Shown: piece by piece, positions 7,041-17,050 of the stretch | How positions within the stretch are numbered: position 1 is the stretch's first letter | Layout of the letters: each line of letters begins with the position of its first letter | IMG/VR virus record: IMGVR_UViG_3300035660_000038 | Location: 1 to 37,773 of that record | DNA: 37,773 bases | DNA from: a virus | Lineage: Duplodnaviria > Caudoviricetes | Reading direction: 5' to 3' (one strand) | Translations under genes and position numbers: made by a program | Notes under the pieces: generated by a model | Database searches by the model: none | What the model was told of the DNA's origin: nothing | Seen by the model: the letters and a program-made list of their open reading frames with translations, nothing else

Positions 7041-7607
7041 ATGCCCGTTAGAAAAAAGTTTGAAGAAAGAGCAGATACTACCCAATACCAAGCCATACAA
7101 TATTTCGGAGCAAGAGAAGAAGAAATATTACGCCGACATCTTGCTGGTGATAGAAATGATAACATAGCCAGAGATTTAAAATTATCCGAAGCCCGTGTCT
7201 CGACAATCATCAACTCCCCCTTATTCCAAAAAAGGCAGTCCTCCGAAACTTCTATCATTAATGAAAAGTTTAAAGATAAAATATCCGACCCCGTTACTAA
7301 AATCTTTCGTGATAATGCTAAGGCAGCTGCTAATAAGATCGTAAGTTTAATGAAAATTTCAAAATCAGAATCCTTACAACACCTTACCGCCAAAGACGTA
7401 CTTGGTTATAGTGGTCATATCATTAAATCTGGAGAAGACCACAGTACCAAGATATTCATAGAAGAAAAAGTATCCAATGATATATATGTGGCATTACAGG
7501 CACTCGATATTAAAAAGATAGAAAATGCACAAGAGATAAAGGAAGAGATAGAAAATGTCGTTCACTCAGACCGACCCCCAGAAATTAGCGAAGTTAGGCA
7601 GGATTAA
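7041..7607 (+). CDS. terS: Putative terminase small subunit (N-terminal HTH)
   Basis: SD GGAGGA before ATG 7041; HTH (NDNIARDLKLSEARVSTII); immediately upstream of and overlapping TerL. Confidence 0.7.
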   Translation: MPVRKKFEERADTTQYQAIQYFGAREEEILRRHLAGDRNDNIARDLKLSEARVSTIINSPLFQKRQSSETSIINEKFKDKISDPVTKIFRDNAKAAANKIVSLMKISKSESLQHLTAKDVLGYSGHIIKSGEDHSTKIFIEEKVSNDIYVALQALDIKKIENAQEIKEEIENVVHSDRPPEISEVRQD

Positions 7608-9117
7608 CTTCTGGTTTTTTTGCAGAGCAATTATAGGTAATGATTGGTTAACTGAAAAAGTTCACTTACCGCTTTGTAATTTCCTACAAATCCGTTATCC
7701 TAATAAAAAATTGATAGAATTACCCCGTGGTTTCCTGAAAACTACCGTAGCTTCCACCTATTATCCTATCTGGAGAGTGGTAAGCGAACCTCATTTGAGA
7801 TTTTTAATTGTACAGAATACCTTCGATAATGCAGCTAAACGTGTCCACGAAATCAGAAGTATCTTTGAAAAGAATGAATTATTTCGTGCTTGCTATCCCG
7901 AACTAATCCCTAATTTTAATAGCAAGAGTATTAGGTGGTCTGATGAATGTGCCGAAGTAAATCGTCCACAAGTTTTTCCTGAAGGAACATTTGAGGCAGC
8001 AGGAGTGGGAACTAAAATTACCGCTCGACATTATGATGAAATAATAGAAGATGACCTGGTTACTCCCGATGTATCTGATATGTCAGAAGAAGAAATCATA
8101 CCCAATTTAGAGGATATTAAAAAAGCCATTGGTTGGCACAAAATGGCAACTAACCTACTAATAGATTATAGAAATTCTGCTCGTATCCAGATAGGAACGA
8201 GATGGTTTTTAGAGGATATGATAGGTTGGATTAAGGAAAATGAACCTAACTATGCACGTTATTTTATGAACCCTTATGGAAAACCAGAAGGAGATTATCG
8301 TGAAGATTATGACCCTATTTATCCTCAAAGATTTGATAGAGAAATTTTAGAGCAAAAAAGAATAGAAATGGGAACTTATATGTTTGCCACACAGATGATG
8401 TTAAATCCTATGCCTTCTTCCAAGATGATATTCAAACCGATGTGGAACAGATATTATAATGTAGTCCCCGAAACTACCAATATCCTTGCTCTGGATACTG
8501 CACTTGGTCAGAAGGAAGAGAATTGTGATAGTGCTTTTATCGTAGGTGGTGGTGCGGATAATAAATTAATCTATATACTGGAAGCCATTAATGGACAGTT
8601 TGAGATGCCTGACCAAATAAAACTTGCATTTATGTTAATTAGGAAATATAATATTCATAAAGTGATAATCGAGACTATTGCTTATCAGGAAGCACTGGCC
8701 AAAGGGATTGAAATGGAAAGGGATAAGATTGACGAGAATGGTATAAAGATAAATGAAGATGCTCATTTTACCGTCATTCGAGAAGACCCTAAAAGTAGGG
8801 ATGCCAAATCCAAGAGGATAGAAGGTTTAGTACCTTATTTCGAAAATGGTAAGATACTGATGTCTAAAGAGATGCGTAATCTGGAAAAACAGTTGAGGGA
8901 ATATCCTCATGGTCGCAAGGTGGATTTACTCGATGCTCTAGGTTATCTGGTTAGAAATATGAATTATAAGTTGGAATTAAGAACGATTAAAGTTCACGAA
9001 CCTTTTAGTTTTGAAGCAATTATGGAAGAACTTGATGGTAAGGCAAATAAAGATAAATATCCATTCGCCCATGCACGCTCCTATAGTATGAAGGGCGGGA
9101 ATATATATAATAATTAA
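7555..9117 (+). CDS. terL: Terminase large subunit
   Basis: Walker A-like LPRGFLKTT, Walker B IIEDD, coupling motif IGTRW, RNase H nuclease LALDTA..DSA..IETIAYQ..DLLDAL. Confidence 0.95.
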   Translation: MSFTQTDPQKLAKLGRINFWFFCRAIIGNDWLTEKVHLPLCNFLQIRYPNKKLIELPRGFLKTTVASTYYPIWRVVSEPHLRFLIVQNTFDNAAKRVHEIRSIFEKNELFRACYPELIPNFNSKSIRWSDECAEVNRPQVFPEGTFEAAGVGTKITARHYDEIIEDDLVTPDVSDMSEEEIIPNLEDIKKAIGWHKMATNLLIDYRNSARIQIGTRWFLEDMIGWIKENEPNYARYFMNPYGKPEGDYREDYDPIYPQRFDREILEQKRIEMGTYMFATQMMLNPMPSSKMIFKPMWNRYYNVVPETTNILALDTALGQKEENCDSAFIVGGGADNKLIYILEAINGQFEMPDQIKLAFMLIRKYNIHKVIIETIAYQEALAKGIEMERDKIDENGIKINEDAHFTVIREDPKSRDAKSKRIEGLVPYFENGKILMSKEMRNLEKQLREYPHGRKVDLLDALGYLVRNMNYKLELRTIKVHEPFSFEAIMEELDGKANKDKYPFAHARSYSMKGGNIYNN

Positions 9118-9125
9118 TAGAAGGG

Positions 9126-9401
9126 GTGATAAATATGACAGGGGTAAGTTCTGGTATAAAAATGATTTCTTCCCGAATATTAGAAAGGGAAGGTTGGTTT
9201 CTCGGTGCAACATTAACCAGTGGTGGTACTGATGCAAGCGTTACCTTTTATGATAGCAAGGATGAAGATATATCTGGTGCTATAGAGATAGGTTATATAA
9301 GTCAGGATGTACCTTATACTGATGATATAATCCATTGCATTTATGGCATTTATGCTGAGGTATCCGAAGGCGCGGAATATCTGTGTAAATATAGTATATA
9401 A
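9126..9401 (+). CDS. Small beta-rich virion protein, distant paralog of 15655-16806 family
   Basis: Shared pattern W/YLxG.xL...hYD...GIYA. Confidence 0.7.
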   Translation: MINMTGVSSGIKMISSRILEREGWFLGATLTSGGTDASVTFYDSKDEDISGAIEIGYISQDVPYTDDIIHCIYGIYAEVSEGAEYLCKYSI

Positions 9402-9420
9402 GAAAAAGAAGGTGATTTAG

Positions 9421-9636
9421 ATGCCCCTAAAAAAAGGTTCGAGTCAGGGAACAATTTCTGCAAATATCGAAGAATGTATCATTTCTTATAAGAAGAAGGG
9501 GACTATAGGGACTATCACGCCAAGAAATTTAAAACATGCCATGGAAATATGTCAAGGTATTGCCTATTCTACGGCAAGAAGAAGTAGTGGGAAGAAGAAA
9601 AGAACGCCTATTTCGGAGGCAATACATGGCAGATGA
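9421..9636 (+). CDS. Small basic phage protein (MPLKKGSS..TISANI type)
   Basis: Common small gene between terminase and portal; SD AAGGTGA. Confidence 0.8.
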   Translation: MPLKKGSSQGTISANIEECIISYKKKGTIGTITPRNLKHAMEICQGIAYSTARRSSGKKKRTPISEAIHGR

Positions 9637-11401
9637 AATGAAGATAAAAGACTGGCAAAGGAATATAAGTGGTGGTTTGCAATATATGAAGGACTATGCA
9701 AAACCCATTAATTGGGATTTGTATAGGAATTATTATCGGGGTATTTTTGACGTTGGGACTGTTGGACAAAGAAAATATTCGGTAGCCATTATATTTGCTA
9801 TTTTGCGAAGTATGGTACCTAAAACCTACTTTACCGATCCGACGGTTTATGTTTCTCATACCGTACCTGGTTTCGGAAATAGTGCCAGAATAGTGCAGAA
9901 ATTAGACAACAAAATGATAGAAAGTACTAAATTAAAGTATGTTCTAAAACCTTCTATATTACAGGCAGCACTTTGTGGGACTTGTCCTGTACTTACTGGT
10001 TTTGATAGTGAGTATGGTTATAAACCAGAACTGAAAGCCACTGTATTAGACAATACAGGTGTAGAAGTATCTATCGGTGGAACTCTTACCCGTTTTAATG
10101 AAAAAGGTAATTTGATTGAATATGACAATTATATTAAACCTGGCAAACCTTGGGCTATAGAAATAACTCCTGAATTCTTTATCGTTCCTTACGGATTAAA
10201 ATATCTTCATCAAGCACCGTGGGTAGCCAGATTATATATTAGAGAATTAGAAGATGTTAAACAAGATAAAAAAATGTCTCATACTCAGGATTTAAAAGCC
10301 AATGGGATGACTACCTTTGACTGGATGAAGAATAAACATATTACCGGCAAGATACCGCAAAATAGATTTGGTGATTTTGTCTTCCTGTGGGAAATCAGGG
10401 ATTTAAAAAGAGGAAGAATGATGATTATGCAGGAAGGATATAATAAATGGCTTTATAATGAAGTGGATTTGATGCAGAAATATGGTAATCCTTATTTAGA
10501 CCTTAACTTTAATCCTGATCCCATTTATTATTATGGGATACCAGACTCTAAATATTTGGAAGATCAGCAATTAGCCATCAATGAAACCAGAACTTTACAT
10601 ATGGAACATCGAAGGTTAGCCAAACTTCGTTTCCTTTATGACCAGAATATCATTAGTGAAGATGAAGTAATAAAGTTAGTTACCGAAGATGCAGGAGCAG
10701 GAATAAAATGCGATGGTAATGTGGAGGCGGCAGTGAAGATATTCCAACCTTATGTTCCTCCTGATTTTAACATTGATGTGGAAGCCATTAGAGGAGATGC
10801 CCGTGAAATATCGGGATTTTCCCGTAATGAAGTAGGTGAATTTGAAGGTGGAAGGCAGACGGCAACCGAATCGCAAATAGTGCATATGGCTTCTCAAATT
10901 AGGGTCAACGAAAGAAAAGATTTAGTAGCTGATTTATTAGTGGATATAATAAAAAGATATAATGCCTATATGTTTTCTGAATGGGAAAAAGAACAAGTAG
11001 AAGACATTATTGGACCTGATGGAATTCGTTATTGGGTCAAGTTCACTAATAAACAGATAGAAAGTGATTATGCCTTTAAAGTTGACCCCGAAAATAGCAA
11101 TCCTACTTCCATAGAGGTTAGAAGACAAGAAGCCATTATGCTGGCACAATATTTGCAGAATAGTCCTGTGGTGCAAAGTGCAGTGCAAAGTGGTAAACCA
11201 GTCCCTTATGATTTTACGGCACTGGACAGATACGTGGCTCAACAGTTTCAAGGCGTTCCCATTGATGAAATTATGCCTCCCAGTGCTGGTATCGGTATGA
11301 ATGAAGAAACTCCCATACCACTGGAAGAATTAAATCGCCAGATGCTTCTTAAAGGAAAGATGGCAGCGGGTGGTGGTGCAGGTGCCAAATTACCAGTATA
11401 A
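9626..11401 (+). CDS. Portal protein
   Basis: Size (~590 aa) and position after TerL; P22-like portal motifs (YYYGIPD..L.DQQ..IN, REISG...VG....RQTATE); start revised to ATG 9626 with SD GGAGG. Confidence 0.9.
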   Translation: MADEMKIKDWQRNISGGLQYMKDYAKPINWDLYRNYYRGIFDVGTVGQRKYSVAIIFAILRSMVPKTYFTDPTVYVSHTVPGFGNSARIVQKLDNKMIESTKLKYVLKPSILQAALCGTCPVLTGFDSEYGYKPELKATVLDNTGVEVSIGGTLTRFNEKGNLIEYDNYIKPGKPWAIEITPEFFIVPYGLKYLHQAPWVARLYIRELEDVKQDKKMSHTQDLKANGMTTFDWMKNKHITGKIPQNRFGDFVFLWEIRDLKRGRMMIMQEGYNKWLYNEVDLMQKYGNPYLDLNFNPDPIYYYGIPDSKYLEDQQLAINETRTLHMEHRRLAKLRFLYDQNIISEDEVIKLVTEDAGAGIKCDGNVEAAVKIFQPYVPPDFNIDVEAIRGDAREISGFSRNEVGEFEGGRQTATESQIVHMASQIRVNERKDLVADLLVDIIKRYNAYMFSEWEKEQVEDIIGPDGIRYWVKFTNKQIESDYAFKVDPENSNPTSIEVRRQEAIMLAQYLQNSPVVQSAVQSGKPVPYDFTALDRYVAQQFQGVPIDEIMPPSAGIGMNEETPIPLEELNRQMLLKGKMAAGGGAGAKLPV

Positions 11402-11633
11402 GTGTAGTATATGTTCTCACATACAGGAACATATTCATAATATTGATGATAGGCATAATGAGAAGTGTGACATTTGTGGTAATGAAGTGGAGATAATGAT
11501 AGGAGATAGCGTTGCCGTCCATATCTTTCATGCTTATTGGCACGAACATCTGGATAGGCATCCTATTTATATAGAGAGTAAAAAGCAATTATATGAAGAG
11601 GCAAAAAAAAGGAATAAAACTGCTTATTATTAA
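11382..11633 (+). CDS. FmdB-family zinc-ribbon protein
   Basis: (M)PNYQYKCSIC...KCDICG; GTG start at 11382. Confidence 0.85.
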   Translation: MPNYQYKCSICSHIQEHIHNIDDRHNEKCDICGNEVEIMIGDSVAVHIFHAYWHEHLDRHPIYIESKKQLYEEAKKRNKTAYY

Positions 11634-11657
11634 ATTAAATAAAAGAGGTGTTATTTT

Positions 11658-11969
11658 TTGGATGAGGTAAAAGAAATAAGAAGTATATTAATTACCATGA
11701 GCGAGGTTGGTAAACCAGAATTTAAAATCGAGGGTATGTGGAGCAGGAAGGAATGTAATCGGATAACTCCAAAGTTACATAAGGCAATAAAACTTTTGAA
11801 ACGAGATTACAAACGAATGATTGAAAATAAAATTCTTGAAGAAGAGGCTAAAAAGAAACAAATAGAAATGGAAGAAAAAAGATTAACGCAATTAGCCAAA
11901 GCCAGAGAATTATTGAAGGAAAATAGATTAAAGGCTAAGGAGGTAAAAGCCAATGTTACTACCAAATGA
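11658..11969 (+). CDS. Hypothetical protein, C-terminal coiled coil
   Basis: ORF track; SD GAGGTG. Confidence 0.75.
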   Translation: MDEVKEIRSILITMSEVGKPEFKIEGMWSRKECNRITPKLHKAIKLLKRDYKRMIENKILEEEAKKKQIEMEEKRLTQLAKARELLKENRLKAKEVKANVTTK

Positions 11970-12603
11970 GGAAGTAAAGAAAGAAAGTACACCGAAACCA
12001 GAGGACGTTTCAACATCTGATGATAAAATTAAAGATTACGAGTCCCGTCTGCAAAAAGCAGAAGCAGAAAGATTAATCTGGAAGAACAGGGCAACCAAAG
12101 CAGAAGATGAGATATACACGCCAGAATATTTGGAATATATGAAAGGTGGAGAGGAACAAAAAAGTAATCCTCTTAAATCATATAGTGAAGACCAACTGGC
12201 AAGTATGACCGAAGAACAAAAGATAGGTTTAATCGCCAGGTCTGTTTATCAAGAGATTAAAAATGAACAGGATAAGGAAAAATTGGCAAATCAATCCAGA
12301 GAACATAAAACTAATGTGAAAAAAGCAGAAGTAGAAATGGACAAATTTGCTAAAGATAATCCTGAGTTCTGGAATTATGCGATGAAGGTCGCAGAAATCT
12401 CCGAAGAAAGTCCACGATTAAATCTGGAACAATGTTATGCTCTGGCTAATCCTGGTTATAGGATTGGTGGGAAGAAAGAGGATAAACCTAAAGAACCACC
12501 TGATACTAAACCAAAATTAGAAGGCGGGATAAGAAAAGAAGAGGATAAAAATAAATCTTTAAGAGATGTTATAGTGGAAGAATATCATAAAAGACAACAA
12601 TAA
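11953..12603 (+). CDS. Capsid scaffolding protein
   Basis: Charged, helical, directly upstream of major capsid gene. Confidence 0.75.
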   Translation: MLLPNEEVKKESTPKPEDVSTSDDKIKDYESRLQKAEAERLIWKNRATKAEDEIYTPEYLEYMKGGEEQKSNPLKSYSEDQLASMTEEQKIGLIARSVYQEIKNEQDKEKLANQSREHKTNVKKAEVEMDKFAKDNPEFWNYAMKVAEISEESPRLNLEQCYALANPGYRIGGKKEDKPKEPPDTKPKLEGGIRKEEDKNKSLRDVIVEEYHKRQQ

Positions 12604-12631
12604 AACACAATTCTTAAAGAGGTGAAATAAA

Positions 12632-13606
12632 ATGGCTAATCCAACCTTAACCAAGACTTGGGATGATTTGCATACTTCAACCTGGGAAAGAAAAGGTCAG
12701 GATTTAGTAGATATAGCTTTCAATAAAAATCCTACTTTATTTATGTTACAAAAAAGAGGTAGGATTGTAAATCGTGCTGGTGGAACGGATATAACTATCC
12801 CATTAGAATATGGTGAAAATGCTACCGTTACTTCCATAGGTCGTGGAAGTAAAATCAGTATAGTGGATAATGAAAAGTTCCATACTGCCGTATATCCCTG
12901 GAAGTGGATAGCTTGTTCTATAGTTTCTTATATGACTGATGTGCAGAAAAATAAAGGTGAAGCCGCTATCTTTAATCAGGTAGAAGCCAATCTTAAAAAT
13001 GCACGCAAATCTATTGAGAAATCTATGAATACTATGTTAATGGGAGATGGAAGTGGAAATTCAAATTTAGATATAGATGGATTCAAGAAATACGTTCCCA
13101 CTACTTACAATTCTGGTAGTATCGGTGGAATAGATACTGCTACTAACCCCAAATGGGAAACTCAATATACTTCTATGTCTGGTCTTGACCATACCGTTTA
13201 TCTCATTGATTATATGAGGACTATGTTTAATAATTGTTCTGATGATAATGGCGGAGATAGTCCCAACCATATAATTACCACACAAGGTATATATGAGTGG
13301 TATGAAGATGAAGTATCCGAAATCCATCAGTTAGTGAATAAGAACGAACTTGCTGATGCTGGATTTAAGACTCTTGAGTACAAAGGATGTCCAATGACTT
13401 GGACTTCGGTTCAAACTGCTGGATATATGCATTTCTTGAATCTGGACTATTTTGAACTTTCCAATGACCCATCCAAGTGGTTTGAAATGACCGAATGGAA
13501 GAATGCACAAGATAGTTTAGATAGAGTATGCCAGATTGTAGCTCAAGGTAACTTAACCTGCTCCAATAGAAGGAGACAGGGTTTAATTGCTTATATAACA
13601 ACGTAA
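12632..13606 (+). CDS. Major capsid protein (HK97 fold)
   Basis: 324 aa; GG..I..PLEY, LMGDGSG....IDGF, IITTQGIYE.Y, AGF.TLEYKG motifs; position. Confidence 0.9.
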   Translation: MANPTLTKTWDDLHTSTWERKGQDLVDIAFNKNPTLFMLQKRGRIVNRAGGTDITIPLEYGENATVTSIGRGSKISIVDNEKFHTAVYPWKWIACSIVSYMTDVQKNKGEAAIFNQVEANLKNARKSIEKSMNTMLMGDGSGNSNLDIDGFKKYVPTTYNSGSIGGIDTATNPKWETQYTSMSGLDHTVYLIDYMRTMFNNCSDDNGGDSPNHIITTQGIYEWYEDEVSEIHQLVNKNELADAGFKTLEYKGCPMTWTSVQTAGYMHFLNLDYFELSNDPSKWFEMTEWKNAQDSLDRVCQIVAQGNLTCSNRRRQGLIAYITT

Positions 13607-13676
13607 GATAATCTCCGAGGAGTAAGCCAATATTCCTTAAAAGATTAGCCCAAAAAAATCAAAGGAGTGAAATAAA

Positions 13677-14417
13677 ATGAGTAATAAAGTAATAAATTCA
13701 ATTCCAATTAAATTAGGAATATACGATACTACAACCGATAGTACTTTATTGGCAGATTTAGGTGCCATTAATGAACTTGAAGATGGTAGGAAATTTAGAT
13801 TATGTAGAAATTCAACTGCTGCGGCATTAGTACCTGGAAAAGCAGTCCAAGCACCAGCAGAGAATACTTATGATGAAGATATAGCTATTGGGACTGCTGC
13901 CATTGGTGATACTACTTTAGACGTTACCGTTCATGCCAGTTATGGTGCTACCGTAGCCGCCAATGATTTTGCTGAAGGATATTTCTGTGTAGGTGCTGGT
14001 AGTGGTGAATTAGGACATGGTAGGAAGATTAAAAGTAATACCGCAGCTACTGTAGGTAATGATACTACTTTAACTTTCTATGATGCCTTAACCGATACTA
14101 TTAGTGCAAGTTCTACTGGTGCATGGTGTAAAAGTCCATTCAATAATGTAGTAATTGATGCTGGGACTGGTAGAGTAGTTGGAGTACCTGTTTGTGATGT
14201 TACCATAAGTACTAGTTCTGGTTATTATTACTTCTGGGCACAAGTGGCAGGACCCTGTTCTATGGTATCTGGTGGAGCTATTGTAGCAGGCGATAACGTA
14301 ATGTCATCTTCTGGTACAGCGATAGCTACTACTGGAACTACACCTGAAACTATCGGAACTGCTATGCAGGCATTTGATAGTGGCGATGCTGGTTGGGTAT
14401 GGTTGAATTTAGAATAA
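13677..14417 (+). CDS. Capsid cement/decoration protein, paralog A
   Basis: LG....EDGRKFR, YYFWAQVAGP; G/A/T rich; follows MCP. Confidence 0.7.
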   Translation: MSNKVINSIPIKLGIYDTTTDSTLLADLGAINELEDGRKFRLCRNSTAAALVPGKAVQAPAENTYDEDIAIGTAAIGDTTLDVTVHASYGATVAANDFAEGYFCVGAGSGELGHGRKIKSNTAATVGNDTTLTFYDALTDTISASSTGAWCKSPFNNVVIDAGTGRVVGVPVCDVTISTSSGYYYFWAQVAGPCSMVSGGAIVAGDNVMSSSGTAIATTGTTPETIGTAMQAFDSGDAGWVWLNLE

Positions 14418-14449
14418 TACTAACCTGTATAAAGTTTTAACTTGCATAT

Positions 14450-14479
14450 GGGAGTTGCAAGGGCAATCCTGCAACTCCC
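14450..14479 (+). terminator. Strong stem-loop attenuator after capsid/cement genes
   Basis: gggagttgca-N10-tgcaactccc perfect 10-bp stem; only a short T tail on +, A-run follows. Confidence 0.6.
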
Positions 14480-14508
14480 TTAAAAAAAATATTAAAGGAG
14501 TGATTATA

Positions 14509-15402
14509 ATGGGAAGGACAAGTAATTTAAGTAATATAAGAGGTGGAACTGGTAGAAGTGGTACTTTAGCCCAAGGTAATATGATATACGGTAGAAAATT
14601 AGTGGGTGGAAGCGGAAATCAAGGTTTATATACTCAAAGTGCAACAAAATATTATACCTTAGGGACTCGTTTGGTAACACCTGACGGTAGAGTTTTTAGA
14701 TATGCAAAGTGTAGTGCTTCCAGAACCACTGGTTTTGCTATGATGTTCAATGGTGGTATATTTGCTACTGTTGGTGCAGATGGTGGAGTATTATTACCTG
14801 TGGCTATAGTTGCTGGAGATAACCATTGCCACGTAACTATTACCGCTACTGATGGTTCTAACCAAGCTTCTTATGAAACTGCTGATGGTGCTGTTACTGC
14901 CGATGAACTTGAAGGTGGATATTTATATGTATATGGAACTCAAGGCGGTGGAGGTAGTGATACCTATCAACGAGAAAATAGATACATTACAGGAAATACT
15001 GCGGTTGCTGCTGGTGGTGGAGTTATACAGGTAAATGTAGAAGAACCATTTACCTTTGCTCATTCTACTTCTATTAAAGTAGAAGTAATGCCAAATCCTT
15101 GGGCAACTTTAGCTATGATTGCAGAAGATTATGTATCTGTTGCAGGTTTTCCTGTTTGTGGAACTGTAACGTCGGGATATTACTTCTGGTGTCAGACTTG
15201 GGGACCACTTAGAATATCTGGACAAAACTATAATTTAGGAAAAACTGCTGGTGAAAGAAATATATGGTTTGGTCCTGATGGAAGTATTCGTAGTTCTCAA
15301 ATCCAAGGTGCTACTAACTGCCGACAACTTGCTGGATTTGTTTTACCAAGAACTTCTGCTTCATTTGGAAATACTTTTCTGATGTTACAGATTTGTCCAT
15401 AA
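14509..15402 (+). CDS. Capsid cement/decoration protein, paralog B
   Basis: LGTRL..PDGRVFRY, YYFWCQTWGP; start revised to ATG 14509 (SD AAGGAG). Confidence 0.7.
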   Translation: MGRTSNLSNIRGGTGRSGTLAQGNMIYGRKLVGGSGNQGLYTQSATKYYTLGTRLVTPDGRVFRYAKCSASRTTGFAMMFNGGIFATVGADGGVLLPVAIVAGDNHCHVTITATDGSNQASYETADGAVTADELEGGYLYVYGTQGGGGSDTYQRENRYITGNTAVAAGGGVIQVNVEEPFTFAHSTSIKVEVMPNPWATLAMIAEDYVSVAGFPVCGTVTSGYYFWCQTWGPLRISGQNYNLGKTAGERNIWFGPDGSIRSSQIQGATNCRQLAGFVLPRTSASFGNTFLMLQICP

Positions 15403-15415
15403 GGAGGAGATTAAA

Positions 15416-15640
15416 ATGGATTTAACTATTTTAAACGTAGCCAAAGATAATTTAATTGCCAAAAAAGCTCTTGCAGGGGTTATGCAGGTAGATGCACAAA
15501 AATACTATATTCCTTATGATGAAGTATTGGCAATATTTAGTGAAGTATCTACTGCTTTAACCGATTTAAATAATAGGTTAATTACCGCAGAAGCAGGATT
15601 AGCAAATAGAATGTTATGCACAAAATATAAAATTGATTAA
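15416..15640 (+). CDS. Small helical virion protein (possible trimerisation coil)
   Basis: SD AAGGAGG; heptad LTDLNNRLITAE. Confidence 0.75.
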   Translation: MDLTILNVAKDNLIAKKALAGVMQVDAQKYYIPYDEVLAIFSEVSTALTDLNNRLITAEAGLANRMLCTKYKID

Positions 15641-15654
15641 AGGAGTGAGATAAA

Positions 15655-15930
15655 ATGATTAGTTTATATAAAACTATAACAGCAGATACCCAAGTATCCA
15701 CTACCGAATGCTACCTTGATGGTGTTGAATTAGCCCATACTGCTAATACAACTCTGGCAGTTTACGATGAGTCGGTGGGTGCTGGTGCGGCTGGTAAACT
15801 CGTTAGTACCACTTCAGTTACTGCTTATCAAAGACAAAGTTGTATTATATTTCCTACACCTGGATTAAAGATGAGTGGTATTTACGCAGACTGGACTGCT
15901 GGTACAGGAACAGTTTACTATCATTATTAA
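15655..15930 (+). CDS. Small beta-sandwich virion protein, family copy
   Basis: LYKTITA.TQV.TTECYLDG...YDE...GIY..W..GTGT.YYHY. Confidence 0.85.
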   Translation: MISLYKTITADTQVSTTECYLDGVELAHTANTTLAVYDESVGAGAAGKLVSTTSVTAYQRQSCIIFPTPGLKMSGIYADWTAGTGTVYYHY

Positions 15931-15945
15931 GGAAGGTGAAGTCAA

Positions 15946-16215
15946 ATGTTATATAAAACCATTACGGCAAGTACGCAAGTGACTACTACTGAATGTTATT
16001 TAGACGGCATTGAGTTCACTCATACTGATAATGCAGAATTGAAGATTTATGATGAAGCAGTCGGTGCAGGTTCTGCCACTAAACTTGTCTGTACTGTTTA
16101 TGCTACTGGTTATCAAAGAGAAGCGAATATAATGTTCCCCAGACCTGGAATAAAATTAAGTGGAATATATGTGGTCTGGACGGTCGGTACGGGAACAATA
16201 TATTATCACTATTAG
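15946..16215 (+). CDS. Small beta-sandwich virion protein, family copy
   Basis: Clear paralog of 15655..15930. Confidence 0.85.
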   Translation: MLYKTITASTQVTTTECYLDGIEFTHTDNAELKIYDEAVGAGSATKLVCTVYATGYQREANIMFPRPGIKLSGIYVVWTVGTGTIYYHY

Positions 16216-16230
16216 AGGGAGGTAAAATAA

Positions 16231-16806
16231 ATGACTAACCAAATATTATACAAAAGTATAACCGCAGCAACTCAAGTGGCGACATCAGAATGTTATTTAG
16301 ATGGTGTAGTGTTAAGTCTGGAAAATGAATTTATGGTTTATGATGAAGCCGATAGTTCTAAAACTGCTGCAAAACTCGTTTGTCTTATGCACGCTTCCTC
16401 TTATTACCGTTTTGAAAGTATAATGTTTCCTCCACCTGGAGTAAAAATGAGTAGTGGAATTTATGCCTATTGGAATGAAAAGGGTGCAAACTTTATATAT
16501 TATCATTTCGGTAAAAGTGATAAAGCGGCAAGAGATATTCTATACAGTTCAATATTAAGTGCTACAGATAAGTTAGTAAGCAATGCACCTTGTTATTTAG
16601 TCGGTGCAGAAATCAGTAGTGGTACAATGGCAATTTATGATGAACCTGATGCAACTCATAGTGCAGGAAGTTTGGTTGCTACTTTAAAAATGGGTAGTTA
16701 TAAATCATATAATAGGATGATTTTTACTAAACCTATTAAATGTAACAATGGTATCTATGTGGATAACCAAAGTGCCATAGGAACGATTTACTATAGTGTA
16801 GAATAA
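16231..16806 (+). CDS. Tandem two-domain member of same family
   Basis: Motif set (LY.SI, CYL.G, YDE, GIY, IYY) occurs twice. Confidence 0.85.
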   Translation: MTNQILYKSITAATQVATSECYLDGVVLSLENEFMVYDEADSSKTAAKLVCLMHASSYYRFESIMFPPPGVKMSSGIYAYWNEKGANFIYYHFGKSDKAARDILYSSILSATDKLVSNAPCYLVGAEISSGTMAIYDEPDATHSAGSLVATLKMGSYKSYNRMIFTKPIKCNNGIYVDNQSAIGTIYYSVE

Positions 16807-16809
16807 ACA

Positions 16810-16831
16810 AAGGGGCTGAAATATGCCCCTT
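16810..16831 (+). terminator. Stem-loop, possible terminator
   Basis: aaggggc-tgaaatat-gcccctt followed by caatttt. Confidence 0.5.
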
Positions 16832-16852
16832 CAATTTTACAGGAGGGCATTT

Positions 16853-17050
16853 ATGAATATCGAGGATTTAAAGAAAAGAAAAGAATTATTGGAAACTAAT
16901 TTAAAGCAGGTGAATGATAGGATAACGCAGGACACACAACAAGCGTTAAGAATTCAAGGAGCTTTGTTGGACGTGAATGAAATTATTGCAGAAGATGAAA
17001 AGAAATTAAAAGAAGATGAGGGAAAGAAACCTGATAAGAAGGTGAAGTAA
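16853..17050 (+). CDS. Small coiled-coil protein
   Basis: SD AGGAGG before ATG 16853; heptad pattern. Confidence 0.75.
   Translation: MNIEDLKKRKELLETNLKQVNDRITQDTQQALRIQGALLDVNEIIAEDEKKLKEDEGKKPDKKVK

Noticed and set aside
13604-13680. Readthrough or frameshift extension of the major capsid protein
   Set aside because: In-frame TAG follows after 13 codons; no obvious slippery site
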